Sequence record: PQ400055.1
Reading direction: 5' to 3' (one strand)
Length of the DNA: 64,000 nucleotides
From: a phage
In this document: in pieces, positions 45,467 through 53,350 of the stretch
Position numbering within the stretch: position 1 is the stretch's first letter
Layout: each line of letters opens with the position of its first letter
Notes under the pieces: generated by a model
Told to the model about the DNA's origin: nothing
Database searches by the model: none
The model's input: the letters and a program-made list of their open reading frames with translations, nothing else
Translations under genes and position numbers: made by a program

Positions 45467-45685
45467 TTATTTATATCGCTTTCTCTCGCGACGTTTTTGA
45501 TCTTCTTCCTTGATAGAGTCAAATGCATCAAAAAGGCACATGAGACTGATAATGAACATAACCGTATTTTCTACGATATCCCACGTCTTCGCATCAGTAC
45601 AGATCCCCCAAACGGTAAGAAATGCAAATAGTGCAGAAGAGATCACAAGCATGATACTTGCTAAGATATAAAAAGTCATTTTCAT
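45467..45685 (-). CDS. small membrane protein
   Basis: 72 aa, hydrophobic N-terminus, basic C-terminus. Confidence 0.4.
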   Translation of the reverse strand: MKMTFYILASIMLVISSALFAFLTVWGICTDAKTWDIVENTVMFIISLMCLFDAFDSIKEEDQKRRERKRYK

Positions 45686-45876
45686 GGTTTTACCTCAATT
45701 TTTCGATATTCATCACACATCCACGCAGTAAGCAAGAATCCCAGCACATAAGCAACAAAATACGTTAATGCTTCTTCTGGTTTCGTGCTATGTATCATCA
45801 GTAAACCAGCGAGAAAGGTCTTAACAATTACATTTAAAATAATTAGCCACGCAAATAATTTCATCGTTTGCCCCAT
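45682..45876 (-). CDS. small membrane protein
   Basis: 64 aa hydrophobic. Confidence 0.4.
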   Translation of the reverse strand: MGQTMKLFAWLIILNVIVKTFLAGLLMIHSTKPEEALTYFVAYVLGFLLTAWMCDEYRKIEVKP

Positions 45877-46100
45877 TTCGGTCGAGTCTTTTCAAACTTA
45901 TACATTCCGTAACAATCTCGAATCATCCACGTAACAAGAGCACCAGTCAACACAGACAATACACAGAAGAAGTAAAACGGTCCGGTTGCATTATCAACAT
46001 GAGCAAGCCATGTAAAGAAAACACATGCAAGGAACGTGAAGAACATCATAAAGCACAAGAAAGCAAAATATTTTATACTACTCATAGCGCCACCATACAA
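45861..46100 (-). CDS. small membrane protein
   Basis: 79 aa hydrophobic. Confidence 0.4.
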   Translation of the reverse strand: MYGGAMSSIKYFAFLCFMMFFTFLACVFFTWLAHVDNATGPFYFFCVLSVLTGALVTWMIRDCYGMYKFEKTRPKWGKR

Positions 46101-46188
46101 CAGATCACAAGAAACCCCAACGCAATAAGAATTGCATCAAATTTAGTGAACTCCGGTCCACCTATCAACATCATTCGTTCCTGTTCAT

Positions 46189-46386
46189 TCATAGATCACA
46201 GAGCCATCTGAAAGCACCACATAAAGCGAGCAGAATACTAGGTATAAACGAGACTAAAACAAGACTACAAAAATCATCTAAGGTAACGCCGGAATAACTA
46301 CCTACTGTAACAACACCGATTATCAGACACAGAAAGAAAACAAATGCAACCAGAAACAAAGTATTGCTAAACAGTTTAGTGATCAT
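46189..46386 (-). CDS. small membrane protein
   Basis: Track ORF 46189..46431 trimmed to internal ATG (M16). Confidence 0.35.
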   Translation of the reverse strand: MITKLFSNTLFLVAFVFFLCLIIGVVTVGSYSGVTLDDFCSLVLVSFIPSILLALCGAFRWLCDL

Positions 46387-46579
46387 TAGACACCCCACGA
46401 CGATCAATTTCAAAAACTTTTTTACCATCAACGAAGCATGTCACAACTGCCTCGTTGACTTCCGCAAATTGTTGTGTTACCCACTTAAGGTCAGAGCGAA
46501 ACAATGTTCTATTAATAACAAATGTTTTACCGCTCTTATCCTTACCCATAAATTTTGCTTTAACCATATCCAATTCCAT
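46376..46579 (-). CDS. hypothetical protein
   Basis: 67 aa ORF. Confidence 0.4.
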   Translation of the reverse strand: MELDMVKAKFMGKDKSGKTFVINRTLFRSDLKWVTQQFAEVNEAVVTCFVDGKKVFEIDRRGVSNDH

Positions 46580-46588
46580 ATTATCACC

Positions 46589-46747
46589 TTATTTGCCAAT
46601 CGCTAAACCCAATCCGAAGAGAGCACCCGATGCTACAGTATACCCGAAAGTTTCAAATGCAGTAAAGATATCTAAGCCACCAGCTAACAGAGTTGCAGTA
46701 AACAGAGTACCAGCTACGAACATAAAAGTTTTACCGATGAATTTCAT
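46589..46747 (-). CDS. small membrane peptide (52 aa)
   Basis: Below track cutoff; ATG directly after conserved leader and AAGGAGAATCAAA; glycine-zipper-like hydrophobic sequence. Confidence 0.3.
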   Translation of the reverse strand: MKFIGKTFMFVAGTLFTATLLAGGLDIFTAFETFGYTVASGALFGLGLAIGK

Positions 46748-46778
46748 TTTGATTCTCCTTTCGTTTGTTTGTGGGGGT

Positions 46779-46807
46779 ATCTTACTACCCCCGTTTCATG
46801 TTGTCAA
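46779..46807 (-). promoter_or_regulatory. sigma70-type promoter (TTGACA-17-TAAGAT) in GGGGGTA/TACCCCC palindrome
   Basis: Same architecture as the 38918 and 24976 copies. Confidence 0.45.
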
Positions 46808-46813
46808 CTATTT

Positions 46814-47188
46814 TTAAGAATATTTTACTTCGTCTACAATGTCTTTCATGACATTGATTTCCATTCCGGTCAGAACACGTTGGAACATGTGCTGCACATA
46901 CGCTTTCAGGTATTCATTTGATGGCTTACTATCGAAAGTCTTTTTAGTGTAGTAGTCATCACCGAAAGCTACTGTAATTACATTTTCGTCGTCGCTCCAA
47001 GCGATATAAGCAAATTTGCCGTTATCCCAGAAGCGAGCACTAATTGCTACTTTTGTTGAATCGAATCCTACTTCGCTGTGAGATTCAAGAACTACTTGTG
47101 TGCCAGTTTCTTTATGAATGTAGTAGCGGGATACTAAGTCAAAGTTACGGGTGTAGTGACATTCGAATTTATCTTTAAACATCATCAT
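46814..47188 (-). CDS. hypothetical protein
   Basis: Start at internal ATG (M23) preceded by AGGAGAATCAAA; the track N-terminus covers the promoter/leader. Confidence 0.45.
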   Translation of the reverse strand: MMMFKDKFECHYTRNFDLVSRYYIHKETGTQVVLESHSEVGFDSTKVAISARFWDNGKFAYIAWSDDENVITVAFGDDYYTKKTFDSKPSNEYLKAYVQHMFQRVLTGMEINVMKDIVDEVKYS

Positions 47189-47225
47189 TTTGATTCTCCT
47201 AAGTGTGTTTCGTTTCGATATGTGC

Positions 47226-47254
47226 ATTATGCTATAGTCGTTTATGGTTGTCAA
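47226..47254 (-). promoter_or_regulatory. sigma70-type promoter (TTGACA-17-CATAAT)
   Basis: Leader GCACATATCGAAACGAAACACACTTAGGAGAATCAAA. Confidence 0.45.
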
Positions 47255-47258
47255 TACC

Positions 47259-47291
47259 TAAAAACAAAAAACCCCGAAAAATTTTCGGGGT
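47259..47291 (-). terminator. rho-independent terminator
   Basis: CCCCGAAAA-t-TTTTCGGGG hairpin plus TTTTTTGTTTTT on the minus strand. Confidence 0.55.
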
Positions 47292-47297
47292 ATAAAA

Positions 47298-47762
47298 TTA
47301 CAGTTTGGTCGTCCACTCCAAGTCTAGATCTTCGACATACTCATGAGATCGGACAATCTCTAAATCGAACTCTAGGTCAGTGCCAAATTTACGCGCACCA
47401 ACATCATAAGAAAGCGTGATATGCGGTACATATTCAGGATAATCCCACGTCGCGCCTAAAGCAGTTCCGATATCGTGTCTGAATTGCATGTAGTCGCTTT
47501 CAAATGCCAGCACAAGTGCATTAGTACCGGATTGAGTTTCAAACACTTTCAGATGACACAGAGAGCCTAAGAACTTTTCCCCTTCTTCTGGGATAAACGG
47601 AACATATACACGAGAATATAAGATAGTGCTATGCAGTTTATCACGAGGAACGGCATTAGGCAGATCGTAGAACTCCTGCAATTTTTCAATGCGGTCTAGT
47701 GTATCCTCAGTGAATTTAACCGCCGCATATGTACCTTTAACGGATTCTCTAAACGGGGTCAT
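47298..47762 (-). CDS. 2H phosphoesterase (LigT-like), candidate Acb1/57B-type cyclic-nucleotide phosphodiesterase
   Basis: Start at internal ATG (M3); two H-x-T/S motifs (LHSTILYS and PHITLSYD); lies immediately beside the 57A-like gene as T4 57B does. Confidence 0.55.
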   Translation of the reverse strand: MTPFRESVKGTYAAVKFTEDTLDRIEKLQEFYDLPNAVPRDKLHSTILYSRVYVPFIPEEGEKFLGSLCHLKVFETQSGTNALVLAFESDYMQFRHDIGTALGATWDYPEYVPHITLSYDVGARKFGTDLEFDLEIVRSHEYVEDLDLEWTTKL

Positions 47763-47764
47763 AA

Positions 47765-48043
47765 TCAAGCCTCCGTGATCAGTTCTACTTCCTCTTCTGC
47801 TTCTTCTGCGGCTTCTTCTGCGGCTTCGTCTTTAGGGAGAAGTGCTTTCACTTCTTCGACGATAGCATCAAGGGAAACAGTGCCGTTTTCGTCTGGCTGA
47901 ATACCCAGAATGCGTACCAGTTCCATCAATACACGCTCACGATCTTTCAGTTGGCCTTCTAAGAATGCGGCCTTTTCTTGAGTGTCAAACAGACGCACTT
48001 TCAGGACATTAATCATTTGTTCATGCTGATTGGACATATTCAC
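47765..48043 (-). CDS. 57A: tail fibre assembly chaperone gp57A-like
   Basis: 92 aa, coiled-coil N-terminus and acidic C-terminus (EAAEEAEEEVEL); position between the 57B-like gene and gene 1. Confidence 0.55.
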   Translation of the reverse strand: MNMSNQHEQMINVLKVRLFDTQEKAAFLEGQLKDRERVLMELVRILGIQPDENGTVSLDAIVEEVKALLPKDEAAEEAAEEAEEEVELITEA

Positions 48044-48069
48044 ATCTCCTACTTGTTGATAACTTTTTA

Positions 48070-48726
48070 TTAAATGTTCGCGAGAATCTCGCTTTCAAAT
48101 TCTTCTAATGTGCCATTATTTATGATAACTGTTTCACCGTCAATAGGCAAAATTCCTTTTTCGGTGGAGTGAGTCGATACAATACCAGTATCACGCTGAA
48201 TATGCAACACCTTAGCACCCATAGCACGCATAAGAGCAATTTCAATAGGCTGACGCACATCAACCACTACAAAATACCCTTCTTCATTTTTTCGCTTCAT
48301 AAACTCATTCACGAAGAGATTACACCAATAAAGCGGATTGATCAAGTTAACCATTATATCAGTACCGAGAGTGGTTAACATGAGACGAATAGACCAGACG
48401 TTATTATGTTTTTCGCCAATCTCATTAACGACCTTGTAAATCTCAGCCAGACGATCACAAGTAAAGGAACTACCGCCATACTTCGAATCTAGCATAAGCA
48501 GACACTGAATAAACCACTTATGCGCGGTATAGGTATCAATACCTAGATCGGCTTCTCTGTCACGCCCTAACCCGTCAAAGTCAAGATAAGTCAGACCTAA
48601 GTCTGGTTGACATTCGCACAATATTTCTTTGATCGGTGCTGCCAGTTGATAACTATGTCCATCAATGATTAACGCGGCAGTGTCTTTTCCTACTCGCTTT
48701 TTACCACAAAGTGCAATCAATTTCAT
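48070..48726 (-). CDS. 1: deoxynucleoside monophosphate kinase gp1
   Basis: 218 aa; P-loop CGKKRVGKDT; ...GTDIMVNLINPLYW... resembles T4 gp1. Confidence 0.8.
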   Translation of the reverse strand: MKLIALCGKKRVGKDTAALIIDGHSYQLAAPIKEILCECQPDLGLTYLDFDGLGRDREADLGIDTYTAHKWFIQCLLMLDSKYGGSSFTCDRLAEIYKVVNEIGEKHNNVWSIRLMLTTLGTDIMVNLINPLYWCNLFVNEFMKRKNEEGYFVVVDVRQPIEIALMRAMGAKVLHIQRDTGIVSTHSTEKGILPIDGETVIINNGTLEEFESEILANI

Positions 48727-48741
48727 TATATAAGCCTCTTA

Positions 48742-49332
48742 TTACTTTCTAAAAGCAGGGTGCATAGCTTTAATACCTTCCACCCTCTGACGATCCGCCG
48801 CCTGAATTGCTGGGCGAGGAACGATCAGTTGACCATCACGTTCAATGCTCATTGTTTTAAAGGGAAGAATTGCAGTACACACCAGAGATTCATGCATATC
48901 ATCGGTGTATGTTAACTCAAGTTCCCCCAATTGTGAACACCAACAACCATAAAAGTTAAAAGTGCACACAATGTTACGTCGTTCGTTGTCCATCATGTGA
49001 ACTTGAACGGCTTCCGGCATTGAATCCTTCCACGATGTGGAGTTACCGTTATTGTAGTCTACTATAGAAAGCATCCATGTGTAAAGGTTTAGATAGCTTT
49101 CCAAATGCTCATCAACGATAAACCGGACTACCAACGGGTCAAACTCCACATGACTAGACGGATAATCAGCGACCGCCAAACCATATTGACCAGCAACTTG
49201 CTTAGTCGGTGGAATGGTTATAGCCGGAAGTGTAACACCTTGACAGTTTAAAGTAAAGCCTTTTGTTAGTTGACCATCTGGAATGGCAATCTGCCAGTTG
49301 CTAGGGTTAGCATAGTTAAAGAGATTGGACAT
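48742..49332 (-). CDS. 3: tail completion/sheath stabiliser gp3-like
   Basis: 196 aa ORF in the gene 3 position between 1 and 2; assignment by synteny and size. Confidence 0.5.
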   Translation of the reverse strand: MSNLFNYANPSNWQIAIPDGQLTKGFTLNCQGVTLPAITIPPTKQVAGQYGLAVADYPSSHVEFDPLVVRFIVDEHLESYLNLYTWMLSIVDYNNGNSTSWKDSMPEAVQVHMMDNERRNIVCTFNFYGCWCSQLGELELTYTDDMHESLVCTAILPFKTMSIERDGQLIVPRPAIQAADRQRVEGIKAMHPAFRK

Positions 49333-49362
49333 TACGATTCCTTAAATGAAAATATTTATCAA

Positions 49363-49896
49363 CTAAAAATTTAAACTAGCATAATCTCCAAAATGTTCCT
49401 TTGCTGCTTCGTCATAAGCCTTTGCAGCATCAACTTCGTCAAGAAAGACGCCCAAATGGACCTTTCTACGATTGATTGATATCTGAGCACACCATTTGTT
49501 ATTCTGTGTTCTAATCACTCCTTTATACTTACTCTTACAACCATCAAGTTTTCCGCGATTGAACGCATTTTCCTGAGAAGTGGATTCTCTCAAGTTATCC
49601 GGTGCATTATTTTCTCGGTTTCTATCTACATGGTCGATCATTTTAACTTGCGTACCATGTTCAAGATACCAAACAACCCTATGAACTTTAATGACCAAAG
49701 AATAGCCATCACTGCGCCAAAACTTAAAACATAGATAACCTCGACTATTTTTATAAACTTTAACCGGGTCTCCTGCCTTATACCATCGACCATTCTTTCC
49801 ACTATCTTTCAAATGATACAATATACCATTAACGTGTTTATACTTATCTCTAATTTCTTTTTGTGTAAAATCATCCCACATCTTAAAACCAGACAT
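49363..49896 (-). CDS. HNH homing endonuclease with AP2 DNA-binding domain
   Basis: 177 aa; HNH core IDHVDRNRENNAPDNLRESTSQENAFN; C-terminal AP2-like KYKGVIRTQNNKWCAQISINRRKVHLGVFLDEVDAAKAYDEAA. Confidence 0.75.
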   Translation of the reverse strand: MSGFKMWDDFTQKEIRDKYKHVNGILYHLKDSGKNGRWYKAGDPVKVYKNSRGYLCFKFWRSDGYSLVIKVHRVVWYLEHGTQVKMIDHVDRNRENNAPDNLRESTSQENAFNRGKLDGCKSKYKGVIRTQNNKWCAQISINRRKVHLGVFLDEVDAAKAYDEAAKEHFGDYASLNF

Positions 49897-49929
49897 ACAT
49901 TTTCTCCTGATATTATTAATAACAACATC

Positions 49930-49958
49930 AATCTAACACATCCAGTATATAATGTCAA
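49930..49958 (-). promoter_or_regulatory. possible sigma70 promoter for the HNH gene (TTGACA-17-TAGATT)
   Basis: Good -35, weak -10; adjacent short hairpins GTCGC-aaa-GCGAC and GTGCC-tac-GGCAC. Confidence 0.25.
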
Positions 49959-50113
49959 TTGTCGCTTTGCGACGTGCCGTAGGCACTGACTACTTTTTAA
50001 CCGAAACAAATTTTTATTATTCTAAAGATCTTTCTTCGTTTTGGTTATGTTTTAACCAATAACTATATTTTTATACAGTAATAAATAAAACTGGTACTAT
50101 ACGAGGACTTCTT

Positions 50114-50368
50114 ATGACAGAAGACATTTTGTTAAAACTCTATGATCGTCTGGATAACGAATTAGCAACATTGCGGGGTGAAGTTCTCTATTTGTCTAAA
50201 TGCAATACAGATCTGCTTAAGCAGATTGCAGAAAGGGATGATCAAATAAAATCCCTTTCAGGTGCATTACGTGATCGCGACAAGGCATTAGAGATTTTAC
50301 AGCGTGTTACCAATAAGGAAGAATTAAAAGACTTCTTACATGGTTATGCTCATGCCATCGATCTATAA
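50114..50368 (+). CDS. hypothetical coiled-coil protein
   Basis: 84 aa plus-strand ORF with ATG and GAGGA upstream, followed by a bidirectional terminator. Confidence 0.45.
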   Translation: MTEDILLKLYDRLDNELATLRGEVLYLSKCNTDLLKQIAERDDQIKSLSGALRDRDKALEILQRVTNKEELKDFLHGYAHAIDL

Positions 50369-50369
50369 T

Positions 50370-50398
50370 AAAAAAGCCCGTCAATGACGGGCTTAATT
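50370..50398. terminator. bidirectional rho-independent terminator
   Basis: GCCCGTC-aat-GACGGGC hairpin flanked by an A-run and a T-run between convergent ORFs. Confidence 0.6.
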
Positions 50399-51430
50399 TT
50401 AATATGTATCAGCTAATTTAATTATGTTATCAAGTTCCGTGATTGTTAAAGTTTCTGTGTATCCATCTTTCAACATGGATTTATCAACAACGCCACAATG
50501 ATAAGTTCTCTTTATTTCCTTTTCAAGTTCCCACGGAATCCAGCCATCAACACTTTGTTTGACGTAAACAAGTTTGTGAACAAACTTAGATTTCTGCATA
50601 TGTTGTTTCATTCTGGTTTCCGGTAATTCATTGGTTACACCAAACTTTATAAATTTATCATCTAACGTCTGGATATAAAAATATCCCATCTCAGATGGAC
50701 GATAGCCAGAAGAACTACATTTCGGACACCCTTTAGATCTATGGCCATCAAAAGTACAAAATCTAACAGAAAACTCCTGATTGTGTTTATTGCACTTCAT
50801 TTTCAACCATGATTTATCAGATCCTATCCATCCACCATCAAATTCAATAAAACTATAATTTAATTGGTCGCATCTTTCAATTATTCGTTTAATAGCCACA
50901 CTTTCTGGTAACAAGTGTGTTGTCTTTTTACTTTCGTTTACACATTTCTTACAACCACATGTTCCACACTTCGTGAAGTTAAAGAATTGTGTGTTCTTCC
51001 AAATATGGTTATGTTTCTTACATTTTAATATCATTTTAGTAGTGACGTGCTTCCACGCACCAACAAAACCTAAAAATTCATAGTTTAATTCCTCACATCT
51101 TTCTTTTGCTATTTTAATAGCGTCTTCTTCTAGTAAAGACCCGTTACACTGCGGACAGCCTACTATAACCTTTTTACCATAGAAACTATTGCTAGAAACA
51201 TCATAGACAGACCCATGCTTATTGCATTGGATAACAGATCTAGTCAATTTTCCTTTCCATTCTCCAGAAAATCCTAAGAATGTATGGTCGACAAGTTTAC
51301 ACCTTTCAATAACTTTATCCGCAAATTCTCTAGGAGATTTTGTTACTTTGTTTACTCTATATTCTATTTCTTCCGGTTGACGAAGATCATAAACGTGGGG
51401 ATTGCTCCCCACGGAATTAATATTACGCAT
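50399..51430 (-). CDS. putative GIY-YIG/T5orf172-like endonuclease with three tandem zinc-finger-like repeats
   Basis: Start at internal ATG (M35); three repeats of IERC..LNY.F.GF.G.W.G...KC.KH with CxxC pairs; C-terminal GYFYIQTLDDKFIKFGVTNELPETR..H resembles the GIY-YIG superfamily. Confidence 0.5.
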   Translation of the reverse strand: MRNINSVGSNPHVYDLRQPEEIEYRVNKVTKSPREFADKVIERCKLVDHTFLGFSGEWKGKLTRSVIQCNKHGSVYDVSSNSFYGKKVIVGCPQCNGSLLEEDAIKIAKERCEELNYEFLGFVGAWKHVTTKMILKCKKHNHIWKNTQFFNFTKCGTCGCKKCVNESKKTTHLLPESVAIKRIIERCDQLNYSFIEFDGGWIGSDKSWLKMKCNKHNQEFSVRFCTFDGHRSKGCPKCSSSGYRPSEMGYFYIQTLDDKFIKFGVTNELPETRMKQHMQKSKFVHKLVYVKQSVDGWIPWELEKEIKRTYHCGVVDKSMLKDGYTETLTITELDNIIKLADTY

Positions 51431-52244
51431 CTTTCCACACCTTCCTTGCATCGTAATTTTTGCCCTTTGACAAGAAACGGAACGTTGGCATGAATATGAC
51501 ATTCCCCCAGTCTTTCGGGCTAATCTCAACAAGTTTTGTTTTAATGTGTCCCGGTAGATATGCTTTGATCATGTGATCACTTCCACGCATACCTTTTACA
51601 TCGCTCCATTTGATTTTTAAGCGTGTTTTATTGCTCAAGGTAGGAGTAGATGCATATTGCTTTAAAAGTGCCTCTAAAAACTGCTGACGGGCTTTAGGAG
51701 TTACATAGTGTAAGTTAAGACCCAACATTACAGTATTACCCGCCTTTGTCTTAGAATCACCCAGACAAATGATCAGCGGGAAAACATCCCAATATGGCAA
51801 AGTGTCTTTATACTTCGCATCATACATAAAGGTATAGATTCGACCTACTTGCGGTTTTACAATCTGGTGTCCCTTTATTCCCGCTTTTATTGTTTTAGTA
51901 AACCACTCCTGTGATTTTTCTTTAGGACGACTCTTTGATACAGCACGCATAGACGCACGAAAATCATTAATCATCATCATTGCGCGTTGCTGCTTATTGA
52001 GACCCTTTGCGCCTTTCCCTTTTAGTTTTTCAACTTCTATTGCTGTTTTAATTTCGCTGGCATAACGAGACATACTTTTAGTGAAAGTCGCATAGGCTAT
52101 TCCCTTAGAATCTGCAAATGCTTTAGCTGTCATTCCTTTGGCTTTTGCTTTCGCAAATTCTACACCCAATTCGACCCACTGTTTAGACTTTCGTTTTTGG
52201 GGAGACGGCTTTTCGTCTTCTGTGATTATTTCAAATACGCTCAT
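51423..52244 (-). CDS. 2: DNA end-protector protein gp2-like
   Basis: 273 aa ORF at the gene 2 position with matching size; basic. Confidence 0.6.
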   Translation of the reverse strand: MSVFEIITEDEKPSPQKRKSKQWVELGVEFAKAKAKGMTAKAFADSKGIAYATFTKSMSRYASEIKTAIEVEKLKGKGAKGLNKQQRAMMMINDFRASMRAVSKSRPKEKSQEWFTKTIKAGIKGHQIVKPQVGRIYTFMYDAKYKDTLPYWDVFPLIICLGDSKTKAGNTVMLGLNLHYVTPKARQQFLEALLKQYASTPTLSNKTRLKIKWSDVKGMRGSDHMIKAYLPGHIKTKLVEISPKDWGNVIFMPTFRFLSKGKNYDARKVWKDA

Positions 52245-52255
52245 AATATTATCCT

Positions 52256-52729
52256 CTATTTGTTAAGCCCTTTAAAGCCAAACACTTTCTTTAATGCATG
52301 TTCGGTGATGATCTTAAACTCCATGTTATGCTTTTGGCATAATTTCACGGCAGCTAACCATTTTTCAGTATTTTTTGTGTACGTCCACACTTCATGCATA
52401 TATCGTTGCTTTGTCTTTGCGGTCATTCTTTTTGGCTTTTCCGGTGGCCTTGTCTCTTTAGCTGGTTTAACTTCCCATAAATGCTCCTTGCCATCATCAA
52501 ACTTAACGTAAAAATCCATAAAGTATCTGTGTCTTTTCCCGTCTGTTGATGACTCATAAGGAATTACTACGGTCTCAGATCCCCATTTTGCAACTCTAGG
52601 ATTGCGGTCTAGCCACTGCATGATCCATCTTTCCCAGCTTGAACGGTATGTGATCTTACGTATATCCCCTTTATACTTTTCCTTATTCTCAGGAACATAC
52701 TTGCCCTTATAAGTGTTAGATCCTCCCAT
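52256..52729 (-). CDS. 4: head completion protein gp4-like
   Basis: 157 aa ORF divergent from gene 53; synteny and size. Confidence 0.6.
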   Translation of the reverse strand: MGGSNTYKGKYVPENKEKYKGDIRKITYRSSWERWIMQWLDRNPRVAKWGSETVVIPYESSTDGKRHRYFMDFYVKFDDGKEHLWEVKPAKETRPPEKPKRMTAKTKQRYMHEVWTYTKNTEKWLAAVKLCQKHNMEFKIITEHALKKVFGFKGLNK

Positions 52730-52744
52730 TTTAGCACCCTTTAT

Positions 52745-52752
52745 TATAAATA
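52745..52752 (+). promoter_or_regulatory. T4-type late promoter TATAAATA upstream of gene 53
   Basis: Exact TATAAATA about 33 nt upstream of the gene 53 ATG, inside a GCACCCT...AGGGTGC inverted repeat. Confidence 0.5.
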
Positions 52753-52784
52753 CATAATACTATTTATCAATTGAGGGTGCTAAA

Positions 52785-53339
52785 ATGCTCTTTTCTTTCT
52801 TCCCTGCCATTGAATACAACGGCAAGATGATTACTGACATTGTGCGCAATTACCGCGCATATTTCAACGCAATAATTTCTGATTATAACATACAAACATA
52901 TTACATTCAAGGTAGTCCACGACCGGAACAAGTTGCATATGAAGTATACGGAAACCAACAACTTTATTGGATCTTGCTGATGCTTAATGACGTATACGAC
53001 CCGTTCCATGACTGGATCACCGATCAAGAGACAGCATATGAATCAGCCGAACAACGATATGCAAACGTAGGAGGAAATCAAGTATTATACCACGTTGATA
53101 TTGACGGAAACAAGTATTGGAATCTTACCGAATATCCGAAAGGATCAAGCAATTGGTATGATAAAGGGGATATTCATCACCGTCATTTGCAGTTTCAGGG
53201 TGCATTATCGGCAGTAGACACACTGGAAGATGCGATCCTCCGTAATGAGGAACGACGCAAGATCAAGATCATAGATCCTACACAAATTAAACAATTTATT
53301 AACGCATTCATTCGAGAAATGGAAAAGGCTGATGTGTAA
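52785..53339 (+). CDS. 53: baseplate wedge subunit gp53
   Basis: 184 aa; MLFSFF...YYIQGSPRPE...YWILLMLNDVYDP...KIKIIDP closely resembles T4 gp53. Confidence 0.9.
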   Translation: MLFSFFPAIEYNGKMITDIVRNYRAYFNAIISDYNIQTYYIQGSPRPEQVAYEVYGNQQLYWILLMLNDVYDPFHDWITDQETAYESAEQRYANVGGNQVLYHVDIDGNKYWNLTEYPKGSSNWYDKGDIHHRHLQFQGALSAVDTLEDAILRNEERRKIKIIDPTQIKQFINAFIREMEKADV

Positions 53340-53350
53340 GGTGATTAATT

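Larger units (their letters stand above)
49363..51430 (-). mobile_element. homing-endonuclease insertion cluster between genes 3 and 2
   Basis: Two free-standing endonuclease-type genes (HNH-AP2 and GIY-YIG/T5orf172-like) plus a small opposite-strand ORF interrupt the conserved 3-2 junction. Confidence 0.5.

Noticed and set aside
7796-46807. Possible CRISPR array suggested by recurring 20-30 bp palindromes (GGGAGTA...TACTCCC and similar)
   Set aside because: The copies are kilobases apart, each in a separate intergenic promoter or terminator, with no regular repeat-spacer periodicity.
50055-50075. TAATAAATA upstream of ORF 50114 as a late promoter
   Set aside because: It is not an exact TATAAATA and the expected spacing is not evident; the promoter for this ORF is left unassigned.
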